This document shows positions 36,901 to 50,516 of a stretch of 64,000 nt of DNA, one piece after another. The number at the start of each line of letters is the position of its first letter. Position 1 is the first letter of the stretch. The stretch spans positions 496,001-560,000 of the forward strand of contig NC_086098.1 in assembly GCF_963921235.1 (NCBI RefSeq), given 5' to 3'. Origin of the DNA: Mobula hypostoma. Lineage: Eukaryota. Under the pieces are notes generated by a model. It had not been told where the DNA came from. It ran no database searches and saw only the letters and a program-made list of their open reading frames with translations. The position numbers and the translations under genes were made by a program.

Positions 36901-38722
36901 CCACAGTATATTGACAGGCCGACTAGGGGGAATGCCATACTAGATCTAGTACTAGGTAATGAACCGGGTCAGGTCACAGATCTCTCAGTGGGTGTCATCT
37001 GGGAGACAGTGACCACTGCTCCCTGGTCTTTAGCATTATTATGGAAAAGGATAGAATCAGAGAAAATAGGAAAATTTTTAATTGAGGAAGGGCAAATTAT
37101 GAGGCTATAAGGCTAGAACCAGCGGGTGTGAATTGGGATGATGTTTTTGCAGGGAAATGTACTATGGACATGTGGTTGACATTTAGGTATCTCTTGCGGG
37201 ATGTTAGAGATAAATTTGTCCCAGTGAGGAAGATGAAGAATGGTAGGGTGAAGGAACCATGTGAGGTGAGGAAATCTAGTCTGGTGGAATAAGGCAGCAT
37301 ACATGAGGTTTAGGAAGCAAGGATCAGATGGGTCTATTGAGGAATATAGGGTAGCAAGAAAGGAGCTTAAGAAGGGGCTGAAGAGAGCAAGAAGAGGGCA
37401 TGAGAAGACTTTGGTGAGTCAAGTAAAGGAAAACCCCAAGGCATGCTTCAATTATGTGAAGAACAATAGGATGACAGGAGTGAAGGGGGGGCCAATTAGT
37501 GATAAAGGTGGGAAGATGTGCCTGGAGGCTGTGAAAGTGGGTGATGTCCTCAATGAATGCTTCTCTTCAGTATTCACCAATGAGAGGGAACTTGATGACG
37601 ATGAGGACAATAAGAGTGAGGTTGATGTTCTGGAGCATTTTGATATTAAGGGAGAGGAGAGGTTGGAGTTGTTAAAATACATAAAGATGGATAAGTCCCC
37701 AGGGCCTGACAGAATATTCCCCAGGTTGCTCCACGAGGCGAGGGAAGAGATTGCTGAGCTTCTGGCTAGGATCTTTATGCCCTCGTTGTACACTGGAATG
37801 GTACCAGAGGACTGGAGGGAGGCGAATGTTGTCCTCTTGTTCAAAAAAGGTAGTAGACATAGTCCGGGTAATTATAGACCAGTGAGCTTTACGTCTGTGG
37901 TGGGAAAGCTGTTGGAAAAGATTCTTAGAGATGGGATCTGTGGGCATTTAGAGAATCATGGTCTGATCAGGGACAGTCAACGTGGCTTTGTGAAAGGCAG
38001 ATCATGTCAAACAAGCCTGATAGAGTTCTTTGAGGAGGTGACCAGGCATATAGATGAGGGTAGTGCAGTGGATGTGATCTATATGGATTTTAGTAAGGCA
38101 TTTGACAAGGTTCCACATGGTAGGCTTATTCAGAATGTCAGAAGGCATGGGATCCAGGGAAGTTTGGCCAAGTGGATTCAGAATTGGCTTGCCTGTAGAA
38201 AGCAGAGGGTGGTGGTGGAGGGAGTACATTCAGATTGGAGGATTGTGACTAGTGGTGTCCCACAAGGGTCGGTTCTGAGACATCTACTTTTCATGATTTT
38301 TATTAACAACCTGGATGTGGGGGTAGAAGGGTGGGTTGGCAAGTTTGCAGATGACACAAAGGTTGGTGATGTTGTGGATAGTGTAGAGGATTGTTGAAGA
38401 TTGCAGAGAGACATTGATAGGATGCAGAGGTGGGCAGAGAAGTGGCAGATGGAGTTCAACCCGGAGAAGTGTGAGGTGGTATACTTTGGAAGTACAAACT
38501 CCAAGGCAGAGTACAAAGTAAATGGCAGGATACTTGGTAGTGTGGAGGAGCAGAGGGATCTGGGGGTACATGTCCACAGATCCCTGAAAGCTACCTCACA
38601 GGTAGATAGGGCAGTTAAGAAAGCTTATGGGGTGTTAGATTTCATAAGTCAAGGGATAGAGTTTAAGAGTCGCGAGGTCATGATGCAGCTCTATAAAACT
38701 CTGGTTAGGCCACAATTGGAGT

Positions 38723-40081
38723 TTAAAAACGCAGACATGAGGAAATCTGCAGATTCTGGAATCTCAAGCAACACACATAAAAGTTGCTGGTGAACACAGC
38801 AGGCCAGACAGCATCTCTAGGAAGAGGTACAGTCGACGTTTCGGGCTGAGACCCTTCATCAGGACTAACTGAAAGAAGAGCTAGTAAAAGATTTGAAAGT
38901 GGGATGGGGAGGGGGAGATCCAAAATGTTAGGAGAAAACAGGAGGGGGAGGGATGGAGCCAAGAGCTGGACAGTTGATTGGCAAAACGAATATGAGAGGA
39001 TCATGAGACAGGAGGCCTAAGGAGAAAGAAAAGGGGGAGGGAGGAAGCCCAGAAGATGGGTAAGGGGTATAGTGTGAGGGTCAGAGGGAGAAGAAGGAGA
39101 GAGAGAAAAGAACGTGTGTATATAAATAAATAAATAACGGATGGGGTATGAGGGGGAGGTGGGGCATTAGCGGAAGTTTGAGAAGTCAATGTTCATGCCA
39201 TCAGGTTGGAGACGGAATATAAGGTGTTGTTCCTCCAACCTGAGTGTGGCTTCATCTTGACAGTAGAGGAGGCCGTGGATAGATATATCAGAATGGGAAT
39301 GAGATGTGGAATTAAAATGTGTGGCCACTGGGAGATCCTGCTTTCTCTGGCGGACAGAGCATAGGTGTTCAGCGAAATGATCTCCCAGTCTGCGTCGGGT
39401 CTTGCCAATATGTAGAAGGCTGCATCAGGAGCACCGGATGCAGTATATCACCCCAGCCTACTCACAGGTGAAGTGTTGCCTCACCTGGAAGGACTGTCTG
39501 GGGCCCTGAATGGTGGTAAGGGAAGAAGTATAAGGGCACGTGTAGCACTTCTTCCGCTTACAAGGATAAGTGCCAGGAGGGAGATCAGTGGGGAGGGCTG
39601 GGGGGTACAAATGGACAAGGGAGTCGGGTAGGGAGCGATCCCTGCGGAAAGCGGGGGGGGGGGAGAGAAAGATGTGCTTAGTGGTGGGATCCAGTTGGAG
39701 GTGGTGGAAGTTACGGATATTAATATTTTGGACCCGGAGGCTGATGGGGTGGTAGGTGAGGAAAAGGGGAACCCTATTTCTAGTGGGGTGGCGGGAGGAT
39801 GGAGTGAGAGCAGATGTGCGTGAAATGGGGGAGATGTGTTTGAGAGCAGAGTTGATGGTGGAGGAAGGGAAGCCCCTTTCTTTAAAAAGAAGGGGACATC
39901 TCCTTCATCCTGGAATGAAAAGCCTCATCCTGAGAGCAGATATGGTGGAGATGGAGGAATTGCAAGAAGGGGATGGCATTTTTGCAAGAGACAGGGTGAG
40001 AAGAGGAATAATCCAGATAGCTGTGAGAGTCAGTCGGCTTATAGTAGACATCAGTGGGTAAGCTGTCTCCAGAGATAGAGG
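38723..40081 (-). mobile_element. 5'-truncated Penelope-like element (RT thumb, GIY-YIG endonuclease, pLTR)
   Basis: Minus strand YYKPTDSHSYLDYSSSHP..KNAIPF and GVIYCIRCS..LHIGKT..FAEH; near-TSD cacaattggagt/cacacttggagt. Confidence 0.88.
38830..38867 (-). ncRNA. Minimal type I hammerhead ribozyme motif
   Basis: tagtc-CTGATGA-agggtctcagccc-GAAAC-GTC-gactg: stem I, conserved core, stem II ggg/ccc, palindromic ACGT stem III. Confidence 0.75.
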
Positions 40082-41429
40082 CACACTTGGAGTACTGTGT
40101 CCAGTTCTGGTCGCCTCACTATAGGAAGGATGTGGAAGCATTGGAAAGGGTACAGAGGAGGTTTACCAGGATGCTGCCTGGGTTAGAGAGTATGCATTAT
40201 GATCAGAGATTAAGGGAGCTAGGGCTTTACTCTTTGGAGAGGAGGAGGATAAGAGGAGACATAATAGAGGTATACAAGCTATTAAGAGGAATAGATAGAG
40301 TGGACCACTGCTCAATACAAGAGGACATGGCTTTAAAGTAAGGGGTGGGAAGTTCAAGGGGGATATTAGAGGAAGGTTTTTTACTCAGAGTGGTTGGTGC
40401 GTGGAATGCACTGCCTGAGTCAGTGGTGGAGGGAGAAACACTGGTGAGGTTTAAGAGACTACTAGACAGGTATATGGAGGAATTTAAGGTGGGGGCTTAT
40501 ATGGGAGGCAGGGTTTGAGGGTCGGCACAACATTGTGGGCCGAAGGGCCTGTACTGTGCTGTACTATTCTATGTTCTATGTAAAGTGTATGAATATTAAT
40601 TACTACACCGGAACAGATTAACCAGTGACACTTCGAATACGATGCAGCAGGGAGTTCAGAAGCCTTGTGGCCTGGGGGAGTAAACTGTTGCAATGTTGCA
40701 AGGGTCTGTTAAGAGACTCTTGGACAGGTACATGGAGCTTAGATAAAATAGAGGGCTATGGGTAACCCTAGGTAATTTCTAAAGTAAGTACATATTCGGC
40801 ACAGCATTGTGGGCAGAAGGGTCTGTATTGTGCTGTAGGTTTTCTATGTTTCTATCTTTGTATCATTGGCAAATTTAGCCACAAATCCATTAATCCCAGT
40901 CAATATTTCAGAAGCAGCTTCCTCCCCTCCACCATCAGATTCTTGAATGGACAATAAGTATCCCCACTACCACGCTGGCTATGACAACCTTAAGGAACCA
41001 TTGTAAGATGCCCTCTGCTATATCTGGGCCCATGTTCCAATGTACACTTTACTTTTTTTTTTGCTCTATTTAATTATATATTATGTAACTATGTTTATAT
41101 TTCATACTGTAATTTACAGTTTCTTATTATGTGTTGCAATGTACTACTGCCACATTGAACTTATTTCACAACATATGCCAGAGATATTAAACCTGATTCT
41201 GATTCTGACCATAAGAGCCCCTCCCTCCGCAAACGTACTCCCTTGTCTGTCCTTCCATGAGGCAGAAGATACAAAAGCTTGAAAACACCTTCCGCCATGC
41301 TGAAAGGTTTTTTATTACAACGTTATCAGATATTTGAACGGACCTTTAGCACAATAATGGTGAACTCTTGACCTCACCATCGACCTCATCATGACCCCTG
41401 CACCCATACTGCATTTCTCTTTACCTGCA

Positions 41430-43580
41430 TGGAAACATAGAAAACCTACAGCACAATACAGGCCCTTCGGCCCACAAAGTTGTTCTGAACATGTCTCTAC
41501 CTTAGAAATTACTGGGCTTACCAATAGCCCTCTATTTTTGGAAGCGCCAGCTACCTATCCAAACATCTCATGAAAGACCATATTGTATCCACCTCCACCA
41601 GCATCTCCAGCAGCCCATTCCACGCACTCACCACTCTATGCATAAAAAAACTTACCCCTGACATCTCTGTACCTACTTCCAAGCACCTTAAAACTATGCC
41701 CTCTCCTGTCATCCATTTCAGCCCTGGGAAAAAGCCTCTGAATATCCACACAATCAATGCCTCTCATTAACTTCTACACCTCTATTGGGTTACCTCTCGT
41801 TCTCCATCACACCAAGGAAAAAAGGCCAAGTTCACTCAACCTACTCACAAAAGACATGCTGCCCAATCAAGGCAACATCCTTGTAAAACTCTTTCTTGAA
41901 AGCATCCAGAGACTTGGCCTCCACTGCCTTCTGGGGCAGAGCATTCCACATATCCACCACTCTCTGGGTGAAAAAAATTTTCCTCAACTCCATTTTAAAT
42001 GGCCTACCCTTTATTCTTAAACTGTGACCTCTGGTTCTGGACTCACCCATTAGCGGGAACATGCTTCCTGCCTCCAGCGTGTCCAATCCCTTAACAATCT
42101 TATGTTTCAATCAGATCCCCTCGCATCCTTCTAAATTCCAGTGTATACAAGCCCAGTCGCTCCAATCTTTCAACATATGACAGTCCCGCCATCCCGGGAA
42201 TTAACCTTGTGAACCTACGCTGCACTTCCTCAATAGCAAGAATGTCCTTCCTCAAATTTGGAGACCAAAACTGCGCACAGTACTCCAGGTGTGGTCTTAC
42301 CAGGGCCCTGTACAACTGTAGAAGGACCTATTTGATCCTATACTCAATTCCCCTTGTTATGAAGGCCAGCATGCCATTAGTTTTCTTCACTGCCTGCTGT
42401 ACCTGCATGCTTCCTGTCAGTAACTGATGTACAAGAACACCTAGATCTCATTGTACTTTCCCTTTCCTAACTTGACTCCATTTGGATTATAATCTGCCTT
42501 CCTGTTCTTGCCACCAAAGTGGATAACCTCACATTTATCCACATTAAACTGCATCTGCCATGCATCCGCCCACTCGCCCAGCCTGTCCAAGTCACCCTGC
42601 ATTCTCATAGCATCCTCCTCACATTCACACTGCCACCCAGCTTTGTGTCATCTGCAAATTTGCTAATGTTACTTTTAATCCCTTCATCTAAATCATTAAT
42701 GTATATTGTAAACAGCTGTGGTCCCAGCACTGAACCCTGCGGTACCCCACTGATCACTGCCTGCTATTCCTAAAGGGACCCGTTAATCGCTACTCTTTGT
42801 TTCCTGTCAGCCAGCCAATTTTCAATCCATGTCAGTACTCTGCCCCCAGTACCATGTGCCCTAATTTTGCCCACTAATCTCCTATATGGGACTTTATCAA
42901 AGGCTTTCTGAAAGTCCAGCTACACTACATCCACTGGCTCTCCCTTGTCCATTTTCATAGTTACATCCTCAAAAAATTCCAGAAGATTAGTCAAGCACGA
43001 TTTCCCCTTCGTAAATCCATGCTGACTCGGACTTATCCTGTTACTGCCATCCAAATGTGTTGTAATTTCATCTTTTATAATTGACTCCAGCATCTTTTCC
43101 ACCACTGACATCAGGTTAACCGGTCTATAATTCCCTGTTTTCTCTCTCCCTCCTTTCTTGAACAGTGGGACAACATTAGCCACCCTCTAATCCACAGGAA
43201 CTGATCCTGAATCTATAGAACATTGGAAAATGATTACCAATGCATCCACGATTTCTAAAGCCACCTCCTTAAGTACCCTAGGATGTAGACCATCAGGTCC
43301 CAGGGACTTATCAGCCTTCAGACCCAACAGTCTATCCAACACCATTTCCTGCCTAATATAAATTTCCTTCAGTTCATCCAGTACCCTAGGTCCTTTGGCC
43401 ACTATTATATGTGGGAGATTGTTTGTGTCTTCCCTAGTGAAGACAGATCCAAAGTACCTGTTCAACTCGTCTGCCATTTCCTTGTTCCTCATAATAAGCT
43501 CACCTGTTTCTGTCTTCAAGGGCCTTAACTATTTTTTTTCCTTTTCACATACCTAAAGAAGCTTTTACTATCGTCCTTCA
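41430..43580 (-). mobile_element. Two joined CR1 fragments (3' end 41430-41887; RT region 41888-43580)
   Basis: Tail gaaacatagaaa; ORF fragments 41841-43519. Confidence 0.82.
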
Positions 43581-43857
43581 TATTTTTTCTTTATTTCTGC
43601 TTTCTCATGGCCCCTTCTTGCTCTCCTAATTTCATTCTTAAGCTCCTTCCTGCTAGCCTTATAATTTTCTGGTTTGCTATCATTACCTAGTTTTTGAACA
43701 TTTCGTAAGCCTTTCTTTTCTTCTTGACTGGATTTTCAACAGCCTTTGTACACTACTGTCCTATACCCTACCATCCTTTCCCTGTCTTATTGGAACGTAC
43801 CTATGCAGAACATCACGCAAATATCCCCTGAACATTTGCCACATTTCTGCCGTTCAT
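43581..43857 (-). mobile_element. CR1 linker fragment; continues at 58185-59390
   Basis: catttctgccgttcat joins catttccctgagaaca as contiguous ORF2 linker sequence. Confidence 0.65.
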
Positions 43858-44665
43858 CAAATGGAGGTGTGGCGAATTTAAAATGGCGCTAAACGGTGAC
43901 TCCTTCACTTACATCTTCAGAAACAGCTCTATTTCCATCTTTAATGTCTTTATTTTTCCCCTTCAGGGTTCTTTTGAAGACTCTGATCTGGAGTTACATG
44001 CTGACTTTGGTTCTTTGCAGGAATGGGACGCCCTCTCCGGACTCCATAACTGGCCATTGTCCAGCCCGCAAGGGTTCAGCCCGAGAGTCCCACTTGAAAT
44101 CGGAAGCCTTGGATCTCAGGGCTCTGGAGATGGGCAGATCGAGGGTCAGTGTCATGGCAGGAGACCTGTGTGTCGTCAGGGAAGTCAGGATATCTGCTCT
44201 GGGTCCAAATATCCGAGATCTTTGCGATCTTCGCGCACAGAGCTTGGAGAAAGGGACATAACGGACTTTTAACATCATAAAGCAGCAGGTTGTTTGCTAT
44301 GTCTCCATGCTCGCTGGTGAAAAATGGAGACACCTCCATCTTCCTTGTTAAGGAGAGAGCGAATCTGCGGTACATTGTACGTCAGATGAAATGTGAAGTC
44401 TTTGGGGTAACTGCAACTCTGTGTCTTTGCTCACGCTGAATGCTTGGTGGTGGTACCTATGCTTGATTCTTTTTGCCGGTGGGGGGAGAGGGGATTGTTG
44501 CTCACTGCTGCTTATGCGTGGGAGAGAAGGGAGCTGGGGTGGACTTTGGGGTTCTTACATTTATTTGTCGTTCACTCTTTGGGATACTTCTCTGTTTTCA
44601 TGGATATAAGTGAAGCAAAAGCATTTCAGGATGTATATTGTATACATTTCTCTGACATTAAAATG
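43858..44665 (+). mobile_element. Non-autonomous LINE-dependent retroposon (Rex1/Babar-like ends); tail displaced to 58170-58184
   Basis: aaaatggcgc near the 5' end, no RT ORF, 3' ctctgacattaaa; second copy at 31848. Confidence 0.6.
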
Positions 44666-44844
44666 GACAATAGACAATAGGTGCAGGAGTAGGCCATTCG
44701 GCCCTTTGAGCCAGTACCACCATTCACTGTTATCATGGCTGATCATCCACAATCAGTACCCCGTTCCTGCCTTCTCCCATATCCTTTGACTCCACTATCA
44801 TTAAGAGCTCTATCTAACTCTTTCTTGAAAGCATCCAAAGAATT
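44665..44844 (-). mobile_element. CR1 3' end; body continues at 55397-58170
   Basis: gaaagcatccaaagaatt|aattggcctt matches the intact site near 41899-41920; TSD aatt. Confidence 0.82.
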
Positions 44845-45160
44845 CAGAGAAGGAAGTCTGAGAATCGGAGTGGGAGTGCAGCAGAAGATATTTTGTATTT
44901 TTCATTTTTTTTTCGTCGGAGTTCAGAGAGGCGGGATTGCACAGATGTGTGACATCGAGCAGTGAAGTGCGGTAGATTTAAAAGGAACACAGCCTTATAC
45001 AGCGGGAAGTGTCGTTTTGCAGGCAGTGGAGTGAGCTGGGAGCAGAGTGAAGGCTTGAGGGGTTTAGCTTAACGGGCTTAGGTGGAAACGGGCGAGACGA
45101 AGGAGGTTTGGTTTTCATTTTTTCCTGTTATTTGAGGAAAGGGAAAAGTATGAGTGTGAG

Positions 45161-45389
45161 CAACATACATCAAAGTTGCTGGTGAACGCAGCAGGCCAAG
45201 CAGCATCTATAGGAAGAGGCGCAGTCGACGTTTCAGGCCGAGACCCTTCGTCAGGACTAACTGACGAAGGGTCTTGGCCTGAAACGTCGACTGCGCCTCT
45301 TCCTATAGATGCTGCTTGGCCTGCTGCGTTCACCAGCAACTTTGATGTATGTTGCTTGAATTTCCAGCATCTGCAGAACTCCTGTTGTT
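45161..45389 (+). mobile_element. Fold-back palindromic Penelope pLTR-derived insertion, second copy
   Basis: 94-bp arms 45161-45254 and 45261-45354 (1 mismatch); 14-bp TSD agtatgagtgtgag at 45147-45160 and 45390-45403. Confidence 0.9.
45222..45259 (-). ncRNA. Minimal hammerhead ribozyme motif
   Basis: tagtc-CTGACGA-agggtctcggcct-GAAAC-GTC-gactg. Confidence 0.7.
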
Positions 45390-45392
45390 AGT

Positions 45393-46347
45393 ATGAGTGT
45401 GAGGGCAGTTTGTTGTTCACGGTGCCGGATGTGGGAGGCCGTGGAGTCTCCAAGCCTCCCGGATGTCCACATCTGTGCCAGACAACGACACCTGCAAGAA
45501 GCGCATCCAGCTGCAGCTCCTAACAAACCGCGTTAGGGAACTGGAGCAGGAGCTGGATGACCTGCGGATCATTCGGGAGAATGAGGAGATTATAGATAGT
45601 AGCTACAGGGAGGTAGTTACACCAAAGAAGTAGAGGACAAGAAATTGGGTCACTGTCAGGCGAGGGAAGAGGAAAGGACAGGCAGAGCAGGGTTCCCCTG
45701 TGGCCATTCCCCTCAACAACAAGTATACCGCATTGGATACTGTTGGGGGGGATGACTTACCTGGGACAAGCTGCAGTAGCCGGATCTCTGGCACTGAGTC
45801 TGGCTCTGCAGTGCAGAAGGGAGGGTGGAAAAAGAGGAGAGTGGTAGTGATAGGGGACTCGATAGTTAGAGGTACAGATAGGAGGTTCTGTGGTCGTGAT
45901 AGAGAATCCAGGATGGTTTGTTGCCTCCCGGGTGCCAGGGTCCAGGATGTCTCTGATCGATTGCATGACATTCTGAAGTGGGAGGGAGATCAGCCAGATG
46001 TCGTGGTGCACATCGGTACCAATGACATAGCAAGGAAGAGTAAGGAGGTCCTGGAGAGTAAGTATAGAGAGCTTGGTAGGAAGTTGAAAAGCAGGACCTT
46101 GAGGGTGGTAATCTCAGGATTGCTACCTGTGCTACATGCCAGTGAGGGTAGGAATAGGATGCTCTGGAGGATGAAGAAGTGGCTGAGGAACTGGTGTAGG
46201 GTGCAGGGTTTCAGATTTCAGGATCATTGGGACCTCTTCTGGGACAGGTGGGACCTGTACAAGAGAGAGGGTTACACTTGAACTACAGGGGGAACCAATA
46301 TCCTTTCAGGGAGGTTTGTTAGTGCTATTGGGGAGGCTTTAAACTAG
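45393..46347 (+). pseudogene. CR1 ORF1 (zinc finger, coiled coil, SGNH esterase), disrupted
   Basis: MSVRAVCCSRCRMWE; VVIGDSIVRG; VHIGTND; ends TTA AAC TAG. Confidence 0.85.
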
Positions 46348-49192
46348 ATTTGCAGGGGGATGGGAACCAGAGTGCCAGAGCTGACAGTGTGGCTGGGGTG
46401 AAAATAAATGTTGTTAAAAGTTCAAGCAAATCCGCTAATAGAAAGGTTGCGAGTGATGCTAAAAATCTTCTGAGGTTTATATATTTTAATGCTAGGAGTA
46501 CTGCGGGGAAGGCAGATGAGTTGAGGGCATGGATTAACACATGGAATTATGACGTTATAGCAATTAGTGAAACTTGGCTACAGGAGGGGCAGGACTGGCA
46601 GCTTAATATTCCAGGGTTCCGATGTTTCAGATGTGATCGAGGCAGAGAAATGAAAGGTGGGGGAGTAGCATTGCTTGTTAGGGAAAATATTACAGAAGTG
46701 CTCAGGCAGGACAGATTAGAAGGCTTGTCTACTGAGTCCTTATGGGTGGAGCTGAGAAACAGGAAAGGTATGGCCATATTAGTGGGATTGTATTACAGAC
46801 CACCCAATAGTCAACGAGAATTGGAAGAGCAAATCTGCAGGGAGATAGCAGGCAACTGCAGGAAACATAAAGTTGTGGTGGTAGGGGATTTTAATTTTCC
46901 ATATTGATTGGGACTCCCATACTATTAGGGGTCTAGATGGTTTAGAGTTTGTAAAATGTGTTCAGGAAAGTTTTCTAAATCAATATATAGAGGGACCATC
47001 CAGAGGGGATGCAATATTGGATCTCCTGTTAGGAAACGAGTTAGGACAAGTGACAGAAGTCTGTGTAGGGGAGCACTTTGGTTCCAGTGATCATAACACC
47101 ACTAGTTTCAACTTGATCATGGACAAGGATAGATCTGGTCCTAGGGTTGAGGTTCTTAACTGGAAGAAGGCCAAATTTGAAGAAATGAGAAAGGATCTAA
47201 AAAGCGTGGATTGGGACAGGTTGTTCTCTGGCAAGGATGTGATCGGTAGGTGGGAAGCCTTCAAAGGAGAAATTTTGAGGATGCAGAGTTTGTACGTTCC
47301 TCTCAGGATTAAAGGCAAAGTGAATAGGAATAAGGAACCTTGGTTCTGAAGGGATTTTGCAACTCTGATAAGGAAGAAGAGGGAGTTGTATGACATGTAT
47401 AGGAAGCAGGGAGTAAATAAGGTGCTTGAGGAGTATAGGAAGTGCAAGAAAATACTTAAGAAAGAAATCAGGAGGGCTAAAAGAAGACATGAGGTTGCCT
47501 TGGCAGTCAAAGTGAAGGATAATCCAAAGAGCTTTTACAGGTATATTAAGAGTAAAAGGATTGTAAGGGATAAAATTGGTCCTCTTGAAGATCAGAGTGG
47601 TCGGCTATGTGCGGAACCAAAGGAAATGGGGGAGATCTTAAATAGGTTTTTTGCGTCTGTGTTTACGAAGGAAACTGGCATGAAGTCTATGGAATTAGGG
47701 GAAACAAGTAGTGAGATCATGGAAACTGTACAGATTGAAAAGTAGGAGGTCCTTGCTGTCTTGAGGAAAATTAAAGTGGATAAATCCCCGGGACCTGACA
47801 GGGCGTTCCCTCGGACCTTGAAGGAGACTAGTGTTGAAATTGCAGGGGCCCTGGCAGAAATATTTAAAATGTCGCTGTCTAGAGGTGAGATGCTGGAGGA
47901 TTGGAGAGTGGCTCATGTTGTTCCGTTGTTTACAAAAGGATCGAAAAGTAATCCGAGAAATTAGAGGCCGGTAAGTTTAATGTCGGTAGTAGGTAAGTTA
48001 TTGGAGGGAGTACTAAGAGACAGAATCTACAAGCATTTGGATAGACAGGGACTTATTAGGGAGAGTCAACATGGCTTTGTGTGTGGTAGGTCATGTTTGA
48101 CCAATCTATTGGAGTTTTTCGAGGAGGTTACCAGGAAAGTGGATGAAGGGAAGGCAGTGAATATTGTCTACATGGACTTCAGTAAGGCCTTTGACAAGGT
48201 CCCGCATGGGAGGTTAGTTAGGAAAATTCAGTCGCTAGGTATACATGGAGAGGTGGTAAATTGGATCAGATGTTGGAAGAAAATGGAAGAAGCCAAAGAG
48301 TGGTAGTAGAGAATTGCTTTTCCGAGTGGAGGCCTGTGACTATTGGTGTGCCATAGGGATCAGTGCTGGGTCCATTGTTATTTCTCATCTATATCAATGA
48401 TCTGGATGATAATGTGGTAAATTGGATTAGCAAATTTGCTGATGATACAATGATTGGAGGTGTAGTAGACAGTGAGGAAGGTTTTCAGAACCTGCAGAGG
48501 GACTTGGACCAGCTGGAAAAATGGGCTGAAAAATGGCAGATGGAGTTTAATGCAGACAAGTGTGACATATTGCACGTTGGAAGGTCAAACCAAGGTAGAA
48601 CATACAGGGTTAATGGTAAGGCACCGAGGAGTGCAGTGGAACAGAGGGATCTGGGAATACAGATACAAAATTCCATAAAACTGGCGTCACAGGTAGATAG
48701 GGTCGTAAAGAGAGCTTTTGGTACATTGGCCTTTATTAATCAAAGTATTGAGTATAAGAGCTGGAATGTTATGATGAGGTTGTATAAGGTATTGGTGAGG
48801 CCGAATCTGGAGTATTGTGTTCAGTTTTGGTCACCAAATTACAGGAAGGATATAAATAAGGTTGAAAGAGTGCAGAGAAGGTTTACAAGGATGTTGCCGG
48901 GTCTTGAGAAACTCAGTTACAGAGAAAGGTTGAATAGGTTAAGACTTTATTCCCTGGAGTGTAGAAGAATGAGGGGAGATTTGATAGAGGTATATAAAAT
49001 TATGATGGGTATAGATAGAGTGAATTCAAGCAGGCTTTTTCCACTGAGGCAAGGGGAGAAAAAAACCAAAGGACATTGGTTAAGGGTGAGGGGGGAAAAG
49101 TTTAAAGGGAACATTAGCGGGGGCTTCTTCACACAGAGAGTGGTGGGAGTATGGAATGAGCTGCCAGACGAGGTGGTAAATGCGGGTTCTTT

Positions 49193-50516
49193 TAGAACCA
49201 TAGAACCATAGAAACTACAGCTCAGAAACAGGCCCTTTGGCCCTTCTTGGCTGTGCCGAACCATTTTCTGCCTAGTCCCACTGACCTGCACACGGATCAT
49301 ATCCCTCCATACACCTCCCATCCATGTATCTTTCCAATTTATTCTTAAATGTTAAAAAAGAACCCGCATTTACCACCTCGTCTGGCAGCTCATTCCATAC
49401 TCCCACCACTCTCTGTGTGAAGAAGCCCCCTCTAATGTTCCCTTTAAACTTTTCCCCCCTCACCCTTAACCCATGTCCTATGGTTTTTTTTCTCCCCTTG
49501 CCTCAGTGGAAAAAGCCTGCTTGCATTCACTCTATCTATATCCATCATAATTTTATATACCTCTATCAAATCTCCCCTCATTCTTCTACGCTCCAGAATA
49601 AAGTCCTAACCTATTCAACCTTTCTCTGTAACTGAGTTTCTCAAGTCCCGGCGACATCCTTGTAAACCTTCTCTGCACTCTTTCAACCTTATTTATGTCC
49701 TTCCTGTAATTTGGTGACCAAAACTGAACACAATACTCCAGATTAGACCTCACCAATGCCTTATACAACCTCATCATAACATTCAAGCTCTTATACTCAA
49801 TACCTTGATTAATAAAGGCCAATGTACCAAAAGCTCTCTTTACGACCCTATCTACCTGTGACGACACTTTTAGGGAATTTTTTATCTGTATTCCCAACGT
49901 GCAATACTTCACACTTGTCAGTATTAAACTCCATCTGCCATTTTTCAGCCCATTTTTCCAGCTGGTCCAAGTCCCTCTGCAGGCTCTGAAAACCTTCCTC
50001 ACTGTCTACTACACCTCCAATCTTTGTATCATCAGCAAACTTGCTGATCCAATTTACCACATTATCATCCAGATCATTGATATAGATGACAAATAAGAAT
50101 GGACCCAGCACTGATCCCTGTGGCACACCACTAGTCACAGGCCTCCACTCAGAGAAGCAATTCTCTACCACCACTCTCTGGCTTCTTCCATCGAGCCAAT
50201 GTCTAATCCAATTTACCACCTCTCCATGTATACCTAGCCACTGAATTTTCCTAACTAACCTCCCATGCGGAACCTTGTCAAAGGCCTTACTGAAGTCCAT
50301 GTAGACAATATCCACTGCCTTCCCTTCATCCACTTTCCTGGTAACCTCCTCGAAAAACTCCAACAAATTGGTCAAACATGACCTACCACGCACAAAGCCA
50401 TGTTGACTCTCCCTAATAAGCCCCTGTCTATCCTAATGCTTGTAGATTCCGTCTCTTAGTACTCCCTCCAATAACTTAACTACTACTGACGTTAAACTCA
50501 CCGTCCTATAATTTCC
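49193..50516 (-). mobile_element. CR1 inserted antisense into a copy of its own subfamily
   Basis: Tail agaaccatagaaccatag; inserted in the T-run ttcttttttaac; internal deletion near 49895. Confidence 0.9.

Larger units (their letters stand above)
35785..40580 (+). mobile_element. CR1 LINE from ORF1 esterase to tail, interrupted by a PLE
   Basis: CCLPGARV/VHVGTND ORF1; EN and RT ORFs; tail at about 40563-40580. Confidence 0.9.

Noticed and set aside
40580..41430. Unique or coding sequence
   Set aside because: Patchwork of short CR1 tail and Rex-like 3' fragments; ORFs are low-complexity
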